41,091 nucleotides of DNA from positions 1 through 41,091 of the forward strand of contig CALMEH010000500.1 of the NCBI GenBank assembly GCA_937863115.1. The letters are read 5' to 3'. Source of the stretch: an uncultured Acidobacteriota bacterium (GTDB lineage: Bacteria; Acidobacteriota; Blastocatellia; Pyrinomonadales; Pyrinomonadaceae). The notes under the pieces are model-generated. The model did no database searches. It was not told where the DNA came from and saw only the letters and a program-made list of their open reading frames with translations. Made by a program: the position numbers and the translations under genes. Of this stretch, positions 1 through 9,152 are shown piece after piece (position 1 is the stretch's first letter; every line of letters starts with the position of its first letter).

Positions 1-206
1 GCCCGGCCCGCCCCGACCGCCAACGCGCCCCCAAAGAAGCCGCGGGAATGGCTTCCGCCGGAGCAATGGCAACCGCCGAAGTCGCCGGAGCCGAAGCCGC
101 CAAACACACCCCGTTCAAACGCGACCAACCAAAGGTCAAACCGAACGATCCGTGCTACTGCGGAAGCGGCAAAAAATTCAAAAAATGCCACGGCGCAGGT
201 TTGTAA
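1..206 (+). CDS. secA: 3' end of a SecA-like preprotein translocase gene (partial; frame 3, stop TAA 204-206)
   Basis: Frame-3 translation ends ...[32 protein letters not shown]. This is the CxCGSGKK(F/Y)KxCH zinc-binding SEC-C tail typical of SecA C-termini, preceded by an Ala/Pro/Glu-rich linker. It is absent from the ORF track because no start lies in the window. SEC-C tails also occur in a few non-SecA proteins. Confidence 0.65.
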   Translation, partial: PARPDRQRAPKEAAGMASAGAMATAEVAGAEAAKHTPFKRDQPKVKPNDPCYCGSGKKFKKCHGAGL

Positions 207-225
207 GTGAAAAACTAAAAGTGAA

Positions 226-254
226 AAGGCGAGAATTAAAAACTCTCGCCTTTT
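226..254 (+). terminator. Rho-independent terminator after secA
   Basis: Stem ggcgaga (229-235) pairs with tctcgcc (244-250), followed by ttttgcttt. It lies 20 nt after the stop codon. Confidence 0.7.
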
Positions 255-397
255 GCTTTGCACAAGAAACCATCATAAATATAAATCAAATATACGTCCA
301 AAATATTTTTCGGGTTAATGTATGATGAAATTTTTTTCGGCGGTCAAACCATTTGCCGAAATGTTTCATCTATTCATTTTAGGATGGAAACTCAATT

Positions 398-1162
398 ATG
401 AAGTTATTTTACAATACAACTTTATTTTTTGTATTGATTTTTTCGACGGTCAGTGTTTTCGGACAACAATCCGATGTTGAGGTAGGCATTGAACTTTACC
501 AAAAAGGTGATTTTCAGGGTGCAATAGCAAATTTGAAAAACGATGAAACCGTTTTCGGATTGTATTATCTCGCGCTTTCTTACGATAAATTGAATCAAAA
601 AAAAGAAGCGGGCGAAACATTTGGAAAAACCTTTAACAAAATTTTCCCGATTATTATCGAAGACCTCGAATTCAGACTAAGCAACAATAACAAAAACGTG
701 AAGAGTAGTTTTGTGCATTTTTTGGACAATCAGAAATTGCGGATTCAAATCGGAGCAATAAGCGCGGACAAGGCAGTCCGCTTGAAAGCGAAAATGTCAA
801 AGGAAGCCGATTGGAAGGAAAAAGCCGTAACGATGGTCGGATTGTTTGAACTTTTGAAAACGACTGAAACTCTTTATGCAAACGATGAGGTCGAAACTGA
901 AGTTAAATTTCTGAAAAAGTCGTATCCTAGCTATACTGATGCGGCACGCCAAAATAGATTCGCCGGACAAATTAAATTATTTGCAGTTTTAGCCGCCGAC
1001 GGAACTGTAAAACATATTATTCCGCTTACATCATTGCCTTTTGGTTTAACCGAACAATGCATTATAGCAACTGAAAAACTAAAGTTCGAGCCTGCTATCA
1101 AAGACGATAAAGCAGTTTCGACTGTGAAAATTTTTAATTACAGTTTTATGGTTGCTAAATAG
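398..1162 (+). CDS. Secreted protein with a TonB C-terminal-like domain
   Basis: N-terminal signal peptide (MKLFYNTTLFFVLIFSTVSVFGQ). C-terminal approx. 80 aa (SYPSYTDAARQNRFAGQIKLFAVLAADGTVKHI...FEPAIKDDKAV) fit the YP..A....G.V.L.F.V...G.V...FxPA pattern of TonB_C domains. An AGGA lies upstream of the ATG. Confidence 0.7.
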   Translation: MKLFYNTTLFFVLIFSTVSVFGQQSDVEVGIELYQKGDFQGAIANLKNDETVFGLYYLALSYDKLNQKKEAGETFGKTFNKIFPIIIEDLEFRLSNNNKNVKSSFVHFLDNQKLRIQIGAISADKAVRLKAKMSKEADWKEKAVTMVGLFELLKTTETLYANDEVETEVKFLKKSYPSYTDAARQNRFAGQIKLFAVLAADGTVKHIIPLTSLPFGLTEQCIIATEKLKFEPAIKDDKAVSTVKIFNYSFMVAK

Positions 1163-1193
1163 ACAAAATCCTAATTCTAGATTTTAGGAACTA

Positions 1194-1271
1194 TTAACCG
1201 CGAACTTATACACTAACAACGCGAAATTAAGTTGACTTATTCGCGCTGTTTTGAGTAAATTCGCGGTTAAT
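1194..1271 (+). terminator. Long imperfect two-tier hairpin downstream of the 398-1162 gene
   Basis: attaaccgcgaactt (1194-1208) pairs with aaattcgcggttaat (1257-1271), 13 of 15 positions. An inner cgcgaa/ttcgcg pair is present. There is no clean U-run. Confidence 0.4.
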
Positions 1272-1403
1272 TTCAGTTTTAATGTTTCGGCAGTTTTGGA
1301 TTGGAGCGGAAATCGGCTAAAACTATTTATGAGGTTTTTCGCGTTTCTGATACACTTCAAAAGGCAATTTTCGTATTAACAAAAATTCAGGAGATTTTAA
1401 TTT

Positions 1404-1769
1404 ATGCAAGAACGTCGAAGCGGCGCACGCCACGTTATTTCCTTTCCGGTTCGGGTGAAATGGAAAAACGCCGAAGGAAAAGAAGTTACGGAAGACGGTT
1501 TGACGGAAAATGTCGGACAGCAAGGCACGCTCGTTTATTTGCCGCGTCAGCTTCCTTCGGTTGGGAGTAAAGTAACTTTGACCGTTACGGAAAATGCGGC
1601 AGAGGAAGTTTCGGTTACGGCGCAGGTTATCCGGCTCGAACGCAATGCCGCGCATCCGCAAGCCGCGTTTCAACTTCTTGAAGGTTTGCGGCTCTGGAAA
1701 AAAAGAGTTTGGGATTACGCCGGAGAAATTATCGCGGCGGAGAAACCGGACGAGTTTGATGACTGGTAA
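1404..1769 (+). CDS. Single-domain PilZ-like protein (putative c-di-GMP receptor)
   Basis: ERRSGAR near the N-terminus matches the RxxxR motif. TENVGQQG about 30 aa later resembles the (D/N)xSxxG motif. Size 121 aa. AGGAG lies 8 nt upstream of the ATG. Confidence 0.7.
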   Translation: MQERRSGARHVISFPVRVKWKNAEGKEVTEDGLTENVGQQGTLVYLPRQLPSVGSKVTLTVTENAAEEVSVTAQVIRLERNAAHPQAAFQLLEGLRLWKKRVWDYAGEIIAAEKPDEFDDW

Positions 1770-1779
1770 ATTGCGACTG

Positions 1780-1850
1780 TGAGACGGTGAGACGGACAGA
1801 CGGCGGGAAAATCTCATCGTCACTTCGTCGCACCGTCTCATTGTCTTTTT
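1780..1850 (+). terminator. Hairpin plus T-run after the PilZ gene
   Basis: tgagacggtg (1780-1789) pairs with caccgtctca (1831-1840), followed by ttgtctttttgttt. The loop is large and contains a gagacgg direct repeat. Confidence 0.45.
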
Positions 1851-1861
1851 GTTTCAATTTT

Positions 1862-3007
1862 ATGAATATTCTGGTATTAGGCGCGGGGCGAATGGGCTTG
1901 GGCGCGGTTTTTGATTTGGCGCATAATTCGCCGGATGTCGAAGCGATTACGATTGCCGACAGCGATTTGGCAAAGGCGGAAAAATTGGTTGAAACGGTTG
2001 GTTCGGCAAAAGTTTCGGCGGTCGAATTGGACGTTTCCGACTATGAAAAAACCGTTGAATTGATGCGCGGACATTCGGCGGCGATTTCGTGCGTCAATTA
2101 TTGGTATAACGTCGAATTATCAAAAGCGGCGATTGAAACGAACTGTAATTTTTGCGATTTGGGCGGCAATAATTACATTGTTGATAAGCAATTAGCTTTA
2201 AACAATGAAGCAAAAGCGGTGGGCATAAACATCACGCCCGATTGCGGACTCGCACCCGGAATGGTTTCTGTTTTGGCGATGCACGGCGCGAAACGGTTTG
2301 ATGAGGTTTCGGAAATTCACATTCGCGTCGGCGGTTTGCCGCAAGTTCCAAAAACGGCTTTGGAATATCAGTTGGTTTTTTCGGTCGAAGGCTTAATTAA
2401 TGAATACATTGAAGTTGCGCGGGTGATTCGTGATGGAAAAATAATTGAAGTCGAATCAATGACTGAACTCGAAGCGTTGGAATTTGAAGATTTTCCCGCG
2501 CTCGAAGCGTTTCAGACTTCGGGCGGAACTTCGACTTTGCCCGAAACTTTTCTCGGCAAAGTGCGTGAACTCGATTACAAAACGATTCGTTACGCCGGAC
2601 ATTGTGAAAAATTTAAGATGATGATTGATCTCGGACTTTGTTCGAGCGAAGAAATCTTGGTTGATTACGCCAAAATCACGCCGCGCCGCATTTTCGGCGA
2701 ACTTTTGACAAAACATTTGCCTGCCGACGAGCCTGATTATGTTTTAGTCAGACTCGATTTTGTCGGCACGAAAAACGGCGAAACAAAGAAATTGAGATTT
2801 GATATTGTTGATAAGCAAGACGAAACAACGGGTTTGAGCGCAATGATGCGAACAACAGCTTTTCCGGCTTCGATTATCGCGCAAATGTCGGCGAAAAATG
2901 AAGTTTTAGAACGTGGCGCAATTCCGCAGGAAAAAGCGATTGATTCCGATAAATTCGTTGCCGAACTTACGCGAAGAAATATTATTATCAAAGAAACTTT
3001 GCGATAA
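1862..3007 (+). CDS. Saccharopine dehydrogenase family NAD(P)-binding oxidoreductase
   Basis: MNILVLGAGRMGLGAVFDL is a Rossmann GxGxxG motif at the chosen start. Length and the central GGLP....LEYQLVFS.EGLINEY region are typical of the family. The upstream extension to 1787 in the ORF track overlaps the terminator and was discarded. Confidence 0.8.
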   Translation: MNILVLGAGRMGLGAVFDLAHNSPDVEAITIADSDLAKAEKLVETVGSAKVSAVELDVSDYEKTVELMRGHSAAISCVNYWYNVELSKAAIETNCNFCDLGGNNYIVDKQLALNNEAKAVGINITPDCGLAPGMVSVLAMHGAKRFDEVSEIHIRVGGLPQVPKTALEYQLVFSVEGLINEYIEVARVIRDGKIIEVESMTELEALEFEDFPALEAFQTSGGTSTLPETFLGKVRELDYKTIRYAGHCEKFKMMIDLGLCSSEEILVDYAKITPRRIFGELLTKHLPADEPDYVLVRLDFVGTKNGETKKLRFDIVDKQDETTGLSAMMRTTAFPASIIAQMSAKNEVLERGAIPQEKAIDSDKFVAELTRRNIIIKETLR

Positions 3008-3082
3008 TTTTCTCTGCGAAATTTGCGCCTTTGCGGGAAATTCTTTTTTTATTTCACGCAAAGTTCGCTAAAATTGTTAGTT

Positions 3083-3763
3083 ATGGAAAGCGAAGTCAAA
3101 AAGAAAACCTTTTTCTCAAAAATTTTACGAATCTTTCTATGGCTTTGCGCTTTCGGTTTGCTCGGTTTGATTTTAATTTTCGCCGTCGGCAAATACGTCC
3201 AAAAATCTCAATCAGATAAAATTCAAACTTCGATGACGGAAATTCCCGTCGAAGCTCCGCCGCGCATTGCGATTGTTTTAGGCGCAAGAGTTTGGGGCGA
3301 CGGCTCGGCTTCGCACGTTTTGTATGACAGAGTTTTAACCGCCGTCGAACTTTATCGCGCCGGACGAGTCAAAAAACTTTTGATGAGCGGCGACAATCCG
3401 ACCGCCGAATATGACGAACCGACAGCGATGAAACGCACCGCAATGGAACTCGGCGTTCCCGAATCGGACATTATTTTGGATTTTGCAGGGCGTAGAACTT
3501 ACGACACTTGCTGGCGTGCAAAAGAGATTTTTGAAGTCAAAAAAGCAATTATCGTAACACAGGAATTTCATCAAGCACGTTCGCTCTATTTGTGCAATAA
3601 CCTGGGCGTTGACAGCATTGGAATTACGGCAAATCGCCGCACATACCTCGGCGAAAGACGTTGGGCAATGCGCGAATTTCTCTCGCGTTTCGGCGCGTGG
3701 TTTGAGATGAATTTTTACAGTTTTGACCCGATTGGCGGCGAAAAAGAACCGATTCAGCAATAA
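3083..3763 (+). CDS. SanA/YdcF (DUF218) family membrane protein
   Basis: One N-terminal TM helix, then IAIVLGARVWGDG....YDRV..A.ELYRAGRVKKLLMSGDN....YDEP..M, characteristic of SanA/ElyC/YdcF. Start chosen at MESEVKKK; the upstream in-frame start is less likely. Confidence 0.75.
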   Translation: MESEVKKKTFFSKILRIFLWLCAFGLLGLILIFAVGKYVQKSQSDKIQTSMTEIPVEAPPRIAIVLGARVWGDGSASHVLYDRVLTAVELYRAGRVKKLLMSGDNPTAEYDEPTAMKRTAMELGVPESDIILDFAGRRTYDTCWRAKEIFEVKKAIIVTQEFHQARSLYLCNNLGVDSIGITANRRTYLGERRWAMREFLSRFGAWFEMNFYSFDPIGGEKEPIQQ

Positions 3764-3766
3764 TTT

Positions 3767-4558
3767 ATGAGCCTTTTTTATCAAGAAATCGCGCCGTCTG
3801 AAGAAGTTTCCCATCTTGTCTTGTCGTTTTGGGAATTTAAGACGGCAAAGGAAAATTTTGATACAATCCACCACGAAATTTTCCCCGATGGTTGTATTTC
3901 GCTCTTCTATCATCGCAACGAAAACTTCAATTTGCGGCAAATTGCCTTTAGCGGTTTGAATATCGAAACAATCGTCGCGCCGGTTTTTCCGTCTGATATT
4001 TTTTGGGGAATGCGAATTTCGCCTGCTGCTTGTGCAAATATTTTGCGCGAAAATCCCGCAAACTTTAAATCAATAAGAATGATTGAAGCCGAAAGATTTT
4101 CGCATTTAACCAAAGGGCTTTTGGAAAAATTGAACGCTTGCATAAACTTTAATGAAGCCATTTCGATTTATGAAAATCGTTTGAAAGAATTGGGTTTTGA
4201 CAGTAATTATTACGATGAAAAAGTCGCGCAAGCCATTGAAATAATTGAAGAAACGAGCGGCGAGATAAAAATCTCGGAGCTTGCCGAACAATTAAATCTC
4301 AGCACACGCCAACTCGAAAGACGTTTCAAAAAAAGTTCAGGTTTGCCGCCAAAACAATTCGCACGAACACGCCGAATTCGTGCAGCGGCGATTGATTTGG
4401 TTGAAAACAAAAAGATAAATTGGGCAAACCGCGCCGCTGAAATGGGTTTTGCAGACCAAGCGCATCTGACACACGAATTTGTTTCCGTTACGAAACGCTC
4501 GCCAAATTCCTTCGCCGAAAAAGTCAAAGAAATCGAACACGGAAATTTAATCAAATAA
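3767..4558 (+). CDS. AraC family transcriptional regulator
   Basis: C-terminal double HTH: ISELAEQLNLSTRQLERRFKKSSGLPPKQFARTRRIRAA....GFADQAHLTHEF. Starts 4 nt after the sanA-like stop. Confidence 0.85.
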   Translation: MSLFYQEIAPSEEVSHLVLSFWEFKTAKENFDTIHHEIFPDGCISLFYHRNENFNLRQIAFSGLNIETIVAPVFPSDIFWGMRISPAACANILRENPANFKSIRMIEAERFSHLTKGLLEKLNACINFNEAISIYENRLKELGFDSNYYDEKVAQAIEIIEETSGEIKISELAEQLNLSTRQLERRFKKSSGLPPKQFARTRRIRAAAIDLVENKKINWANRAAEMGFADQAHLTHEFVSVTKRSPNSFAEKVKEIEHGNLIK

Positions 4559-4618
4559 TTTTCGCAGATGTCGCAAATTTACAAGACGCGAGGCAAAATT
4601 TCTATCATAATTGTTTAT

Positions 4619-5140
4619 ATGATTAGAAAATTTTTATTAACAACAATCGTTTTATTCGCAGGTTTTATGGTCATTTCGGCACAGGACAACTCGGTCGCTT
4701 TGCAACAAGCGGAGATGAAAAAAGTCGAAAATATGGTCGGGCAATGGAAAGGTCCGGGTTGGATTCAGCAAGGCGCAACGCGGGAAACTTTTACGGGAAC
4801 GGAAACCGTTCAGCGAAAAATTGACGGGCTTGCATTGCTTATTGAAGGCAAATTTACAAACCCCGAAGGCAAAATAATTCACGAAACTTTAGCGGTTCTT
4901 TCTTATGACACAAAAAACTCTAAATATCCTTTTAACACATATTTAGCAAGCGGGCGAAGCGGTCAATACGAGTTGAAATTAATGGCGGACAGCTACGAAT
5001 GGGGCTTTCAAACTCCGGCGGGAACGATTCGCTATACAATCAAAATTGCAAATGATGTTTGGTTTGAAACCGGCGAATTTTCAAAAGACGGGAAAACTTG
5101 GATGAAGTTTTTCGAGATGAAACTTGAAAAAGTGAAATAA
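4619..5140 (+). CDS. Secreted hypothetical protein
   Basis: Signal peptide MIRKFLLTTIVLFAGFMVISAQ. Coding-like composition. No motif recognised. Confidence 0.65.
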   Translation: MIRKFLLTTIVLFAGFMVISAQDNSVALQQAEMKKVENMVGQWKGPGWIQQGATRETFTGTETVQRKIDGLALLIEGKFTNPEGKIIHETLAVLSYDTKNSKYPFNTYLASGRSGQYELKLMADSYEWGFQTPAGTIRYTIKIANDVWFETGEFSKDGKTWMKFFEMKLEKVK

Positions 5141-5144
5141 AAAA

Positions 5145-5170
5145 AGGCTTCTCGAAATTCTGAGAAGCCT
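5145..5170 (-). terminator. Terminator between convergent genes (canonical on the minus strand, possibly bidirectional)
   Basis: aggcttctc (5145-5153) pairs with gagaagcct (5162-5170). On the minus strand the stem is followed by tttttt (the A-run 5140-5145 on plus). Confidence 0.7.
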
Positions 5171-5203
5171 GAATTGGTTTGAGTAGGTTGTATGAAAAAT
5201 TGC

Positions 5204-5875
5204 TTATAACCCAAAAAGGCGCGGCGGAGCTTGTTTTTTAATTAATTTCCGTAGTTTCAGACGCGCTTTGTGCAGTTGCGATTTTGAAGTTCCGACCGAA
5301 CAACCCAAGATTCGGGCGACTTCTTCGTGTTCGTAACCTTCGACATCGTGTAGAACAAAGACGTTTTTGTAACCGTTCGGAAGTTGATCAATTGCGTGTT
5401 CGAGCGCGATTTTATCAACAATCGGCATCTTGTTCGCTTTCTCCGTTCCCGGAACAATTTGCACCGGCGTTTCGCCTTCTTCCGTCGTTTTTTCAAACTT
5501 CACATTGCGTTTGCGGAAGTGCATCAAAACTTGATTAACCGTCAAACGATGAAGCCACGTTGTAAAAGCCGAATCGCCTCGAAAACTGCCGATTTTGCGA
5601 TAAAGCTGAATAAAAACGTCTTGCGTTAAATCTTCGGCTTCAGTCGCGTTCTGGAGCATTCTCAAACAAATCGAATAAACGCGGCGATGATGACGATTAT
5701 AAACTTCTTCAAATGCCGCCATATTGCCTTTTGCGGCGGCTTGCGTTAATGCAAAGTCTTTTGCCGTGCTGATATTCGTAATTTCTTCCGCATCGAAAAA
5801 TCCCTTTTGCTCGGTTTTCGATTCTTCTGTATCTTGCCAAATCGGAAAATTTAATGTTTCTGTCGTTGTTGTCAT
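5204..5875 (-). CDS. ECF-type RNA polymerase sigma-70 family factor with an acidic N-terminal extension
   Basis: Region 2: [60 protein letters not shown]. Region 4: [38 protein letters not shown]. About 50 aa precede region 2. Confidence 0.85.
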   Translation of the reverse strand: MTTTTETLNFPIWQDTEESKTEQKGFFDAEEITNISTAKDFALTQAAAKGNMAAFEEVYNRHHRRVYSICLRMLQNATEAEDLTQDVFIQLYRKIGSFRGDSAFTTWLHRLTVNQVLMHFRKRNVKFEKTTEEGETPVQIVPGTEKANKMPIVDKIALEHAIDQLPNGYKNVFVLHDVEGYEHEEVARILGCSVGTSKSQLHKARLKLRKLIKKQAPPRLFGL

Positions 5876-6174
5876 TTTTTTTTATTCCCCCGTTGTTTAG
5901 TCTATCAAATACCGTGCCAAACTCTTCAAGTGCCGTTTTCATTAACCATTCCACGCCGTCTAAGCCATTTTGTTGCACTTTTTTAGACATACTTTTGTAT
6001 TCGACAGACATCCAAGTTCGGATTCGACACCAAAGCGTGTAACGATTTACGCAATAGCTACATAGCTTGTAAGTGTATTGTTTTAAGTCAAATTGCCGAA
6101 GATTTTCAAATAATGTTAAAATCATAAATCTAAAAATCTTCGAAAAATATTCCCGTGTCGGAGCAGTTTTTTAT

Positions 6175-6933
6175 ATGAAAATGGCTTGGTTTGTAAAAAT
6201 TTTGGTTTTAATATGCGCGTTTGCGGCTGTAATTTCGGCGCAAAATACGAATCAGCCGAAGATCGAAAGTCAGGAAATTGACGAATCAGACGGAATTCCG
6301 GTTTTGATAAAACATCTGCCTGATTGGGAAAATACACGAAATCGTGCAACTTATATCTTAAACGGCGATGATTTGCGTAAATCTTTGGGGACGCGCCCAA
6401 TTTTTGATTTGATAGATTTTACGGGTGGCGCAGAAGCTGTAACAGCACAATACGATGCCGGAAAACTTTTAATCATCGAATACAATTCGCCCGAAACTTC
6501 AATCGAAACCGATACGAAAATCAAACAAAGTCTAATCGAAAACACAAATAATCCGCCGATTTTCTATCGCCGCATCGGAAATTACAACGCTTTTATTTTT
6601 GACGGAAATAACGAAACGGTGGCAAATGCTCTGCTTGATCAAATAAAATACGAAAAAATGGTGCAATGGCTCGGCAAAGACCCTTACGCCCAACAACGCG
6701 CCGAAAGAAATTATTTGCTTGCCACCGGAGAATTAATTTTTACGACGGTTTTAATGATTGTCGGCGGTTTCGGCTCGGCAGTTTTGGCGGGCATAGTTTT
6801 CGGTATTGCTTTCTACTACATCCGCGAACAAAAACGCAATCAAACACAAATTTACACCGACGCAGGCGGAATGACTCGACTTAATTTGGATGGTTTAACT
6901 TCAGATGATTCATCCGATAAACTTTTAAACTAA
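6175..6933 (+). CDS. Hypothetical protein with a signal peptide and a C-terminal membrane anchor
   Basis: MKMAWFVKILVLICAFAAVISAQ signal peptide. TM helix LIFTTVLMIVGGFGSAVLAGIVFGIAFYY near the C-terminus. Divergent from the sigma factor gene. Confidence 0.65.
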   Translation: MKMAWFVKILVLICAFAAVISAQNTNQPKIESQEIDESDGIPVLIKHLPDWENTRNRATYILNGDDLRKSLGTRPIFDLIDFTGGAEAVTAQYDAGKLLIIEYNSPETSIETDTKIKQSLIENTNNPPIFYRRIGNYNAFIFDGNNETVANALLDQIKYEKMVQWLGKDPYAQQRAERNYLLATGELIFTTVLMIVGGFGSAVLAGIVFGIAFYYIREQKRNQTQIYTDAGGMTRLNLDGLTSDDSSDKLLN

Positions 6934-8049
6934 AGGTAAAACCTCAAGTAATCTTTCAATATCATCTTGATTATTAAAGAAATGGGGTGCAATTCGCAGG
7001 CGGTTGCCGCGTGGTGCGGCGATAATGTTTTCAGCTTCGAGATGTTTCGCCATTTGGTTTGAACTCAAGCCGCCGCGATGTTTGACGCAGACGATTTGCG
7101 ATTTTTCGCCTTTTTCACGCGAACTGATAATTTCGTAATCTTTTCCCGCCAGCGATTCGCACAGAAAATCGGTTAATTCTTCTAAATATTTTTCGATATT
7201 CTCACTGCCCGTTTCGTGCAAAATCTTTAAACTCTGCTCCAAACCGTAAAATAGCGAAATGCTTCCCGTTCCCGATTCCCACGCCAACGCATTCGGCTTA
7301 AAATCCTGTTCGTAATCATCAAAATCCCAGGGCGTTTCGACGCTGATCCAACCAACTAAAGTCGGTTCGATTATTTCTCGCGCTTTGTCCGAAAGATACA
7401 AAATCCCGCAACCTTCAGGCGAACAAAGCCATTTATGACTCGCGCCGCAAGCAATATCAACCAACGATAAATCGAGCGGCAACGCGCCGAAGGCTTGAAT
7501 AATATCAACCGCAAAAAGTGCGCCGTGCTTTCGCGCCGCTTCGCCGATTCTTTCCAAGTCTGCCCGAAAACCCGATGAAAATTGCACCGCGCTGATCGAA
7601 ACTATTTTCGTGTTCGCATCAATCAACGAGATAAATTCTTCCAAATCAATGCGTCCGTTTTTCTCGGAAGCAAGCCGCAATTCAACGCCGAATTTATCGC
7701 GGATTCTGCGCCAAGCGTAAAAATTTGCGGGAAATTCGCGCTCGAAAGTTACGATATTGTCGCCTTTTTGCCAACTCAAACCGTTGGCGACAGACGCGAA
7801 ACCGTCGGAAGTATTTCGCATAAACGCAATTTGTTCTTCGCGGACATTGAGCATTTCGGCGACTAATTTTCGGGCGCGTTCTTTTGTCGCAACCCAATTC
7901 ATATAATTAAGTGTGCCGTTTTCCGAAACGTCTTTCAGTTGCGAATAAACCGCTCCCGCAGAAACAGACGGCATCGGCGAAACTGCCGCACTGTTCAAAT
8001 AAGTATATCTTTGCGCCGCCGGAAATAATTTGCGAATGTTTTCGTTCAT
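6925..8049 (-). CDS. Class V aminotransferase / cysteine desulfurase-like PLP enzyme
   Basis: ACGASHKWLCSPEGCGILY matches the SxHK...GP.G.G.LY PLP-lysine motif. Size 374 aa. The last 9 nt overlap the convergent upstream gene. Confidence 0.8.
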   Translation of the reverse strand: MNENIRKLFPAAQRYTYLNSAAVSPMPSVSAGAVYSQLKDVSENGTLNYMNWVATKERARKLVAEMLNVREEQIAFMRNTSDGFASVANGLSWQKGDNIVTFEREFPANFYAWRRIRDKFGVELRLASEKNGRIDLEEFISLIDANTKIVSISAVQFSSGFRADLERIGEAARKHGALFAVDIIQAFGALPLDLSLVDIACGASHKWLCSPEGCGILYLSDKAREIIEPTLVGWISVETPWDFDDYEQDFKPNALAWESGTGSISLFYGLEQSLKILHETGSENIEKYLEELTDFLCESLAGKDYEIISSREKGEKSQIVCVKHRGGLSSNQMAKHLEAENIIAAPRGNRLRIAPHFFNNQDDIERLLEVLPLV

Positions 8050-8143
8050 AAAGAAAATTGGTTATGTTCGATTTCAGAAAAAAAAACTAAATGAAACAAG
8101 TTTTATTATAATGAAAAAACATTTGTAAGAAAGTCTATTTCAT

Positions 8144-9130
8144 TTATTTTTCAGCGGGAACGATGCTTTTCAGAAACACGATCAACTCTTCTGTTTCCGG
8201 CGCGTCATTGATTCCTTCAACATCACCGATTGATGCCAGTCTTATTTCGCGGTATTTACCGGTTTCGGAATCGGGCAAAAAAGCATTAATTTCGGCGGTT
8301 CCTTTATCCTTTGCAACTTCTTTTTCGGTATATTTGCCACGCTCGACCTTTGTTAAAAGTTCACGCAATTTCGTCAATTCTTCCGGTTTTGCCTGCGCGA
8401 AAAATGTCGGAAGCATTTTGAATTTAAGGTCATACGAAGTAGGATTTTGCGGAGTTTTAGTCAAATCATAGCTGTATTTATAAACTTTGCCAGATTCGTC
8501 CATATACCAGCCTTTGTGTTGAAAACCGTCGCCGCGTTTCCAATATTCAAAACGAAAAAGCATTTTCTGCTCCGCCGGTATGAGCGGGAGACTGTAACCT
8601 ATTGGCAAATTCAAAGGATTTACCGAAGTGGCATCGGCTTTTTTTTGCATACGCACCGCTCCGACTTTTTTTAATTCGGCTTTCAGTTGTTCCACTATTT
8701 TCTGCTGTTCGGCGGAAAATACCGGATATTCAGTGTCGTAGAAAGACACACCTTCGACAAAATAACCTACTTCGTCGAGTTCAATCGTAAAATGCGAATA
8801 AGTTTCGCCGTAAATTCCTTTGCCTTTAACCATTGCGGTTTTCGTTTCGGGCAGATTCAGCTGCCGAATCAATTTGCCGATTTCTCGTAAATTCGTTTTT
8901 TCGACGTTTTCGGTGATTTTATAGTCTTTTTGACGTTTTTCAAGTTTTCCTGAACTATCGAGCCGAAAACTGTTGCCGTTCGGCGCATCTTTGGCATAAA
9001 CAAATTCCAGAGAAGTTATGCGCCACGTTTTGAAATTTATACTTGGCGATTTTTGAGCATTCGCCGTTATAAATCCAAATATTAAAATCAGAAATACCGC
9101 TACCAAATTAAACATTTTTTCTCTATTCAT
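8144..9130 (-). CDS. Secreted hypothetical protein (third gene of a three-gene operon)
   Basis: Signal peptide MFNLVAVFLILIFGFITANAQ. AAGGAGA RBS. Starts 22 nt after the upstream gene stop. Confidence 0.7.
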   Translation of the reverse strand: MNREKMFNLVAVFLILIFGFITANAQKSPSINFKTWRITSLEFVYAKDAPNGNSFRLDSSGKLEKRQKDYKITENVEKTNLREIGKLIRQLNLPETKTAMVKGKGIYGETYSHFTIELDEVGYFVEGVSFYDTEYPVFSAEQQKIVEQLKAELKKVGAVRMQKKADATSVNPLNLPIGYSLPLIPAEQKMLFRFEYWKRGDGFQHKGWYMDESGKVYKYSYDLTKTPQNPTSYDLKFKMLPTFFAQAKPEELTKLRELLTKVERGKYTEKEVAKDKGTAEINAFLPDSETGKYREIRLASIGDVEGINDAPETEELIVFLKSIVPAEK

Positions 9131-9152
9131 TTCTTTTCTCCTTAGAGTTTTC

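Noticed and set aside
1-150. GC-rich first 150 nt as a possible foreign or compositionally anomalous segment
   Set aside because: It is explained by the Ala/Pro/Glu-rich linker of the SecA C-terminus, in frame with the SEC-C tail.
1323-1841. 172-aa minus-strand ORF, plus the 1301-1570 and 1594-1782 ORFs, overlapping the PilZ gene
   Set aside because: Arg-rich shadow ORFs antisense to or out of frame with a gene that has a good RBS and recognisable motifs.
3335-3940. 201-aa minus-strand ORF across the sanA/araC junction
   Set aside because: It is antisense to two motif-supported genes, with Phe/Arg/Cys-rich shadow-ORF composition.
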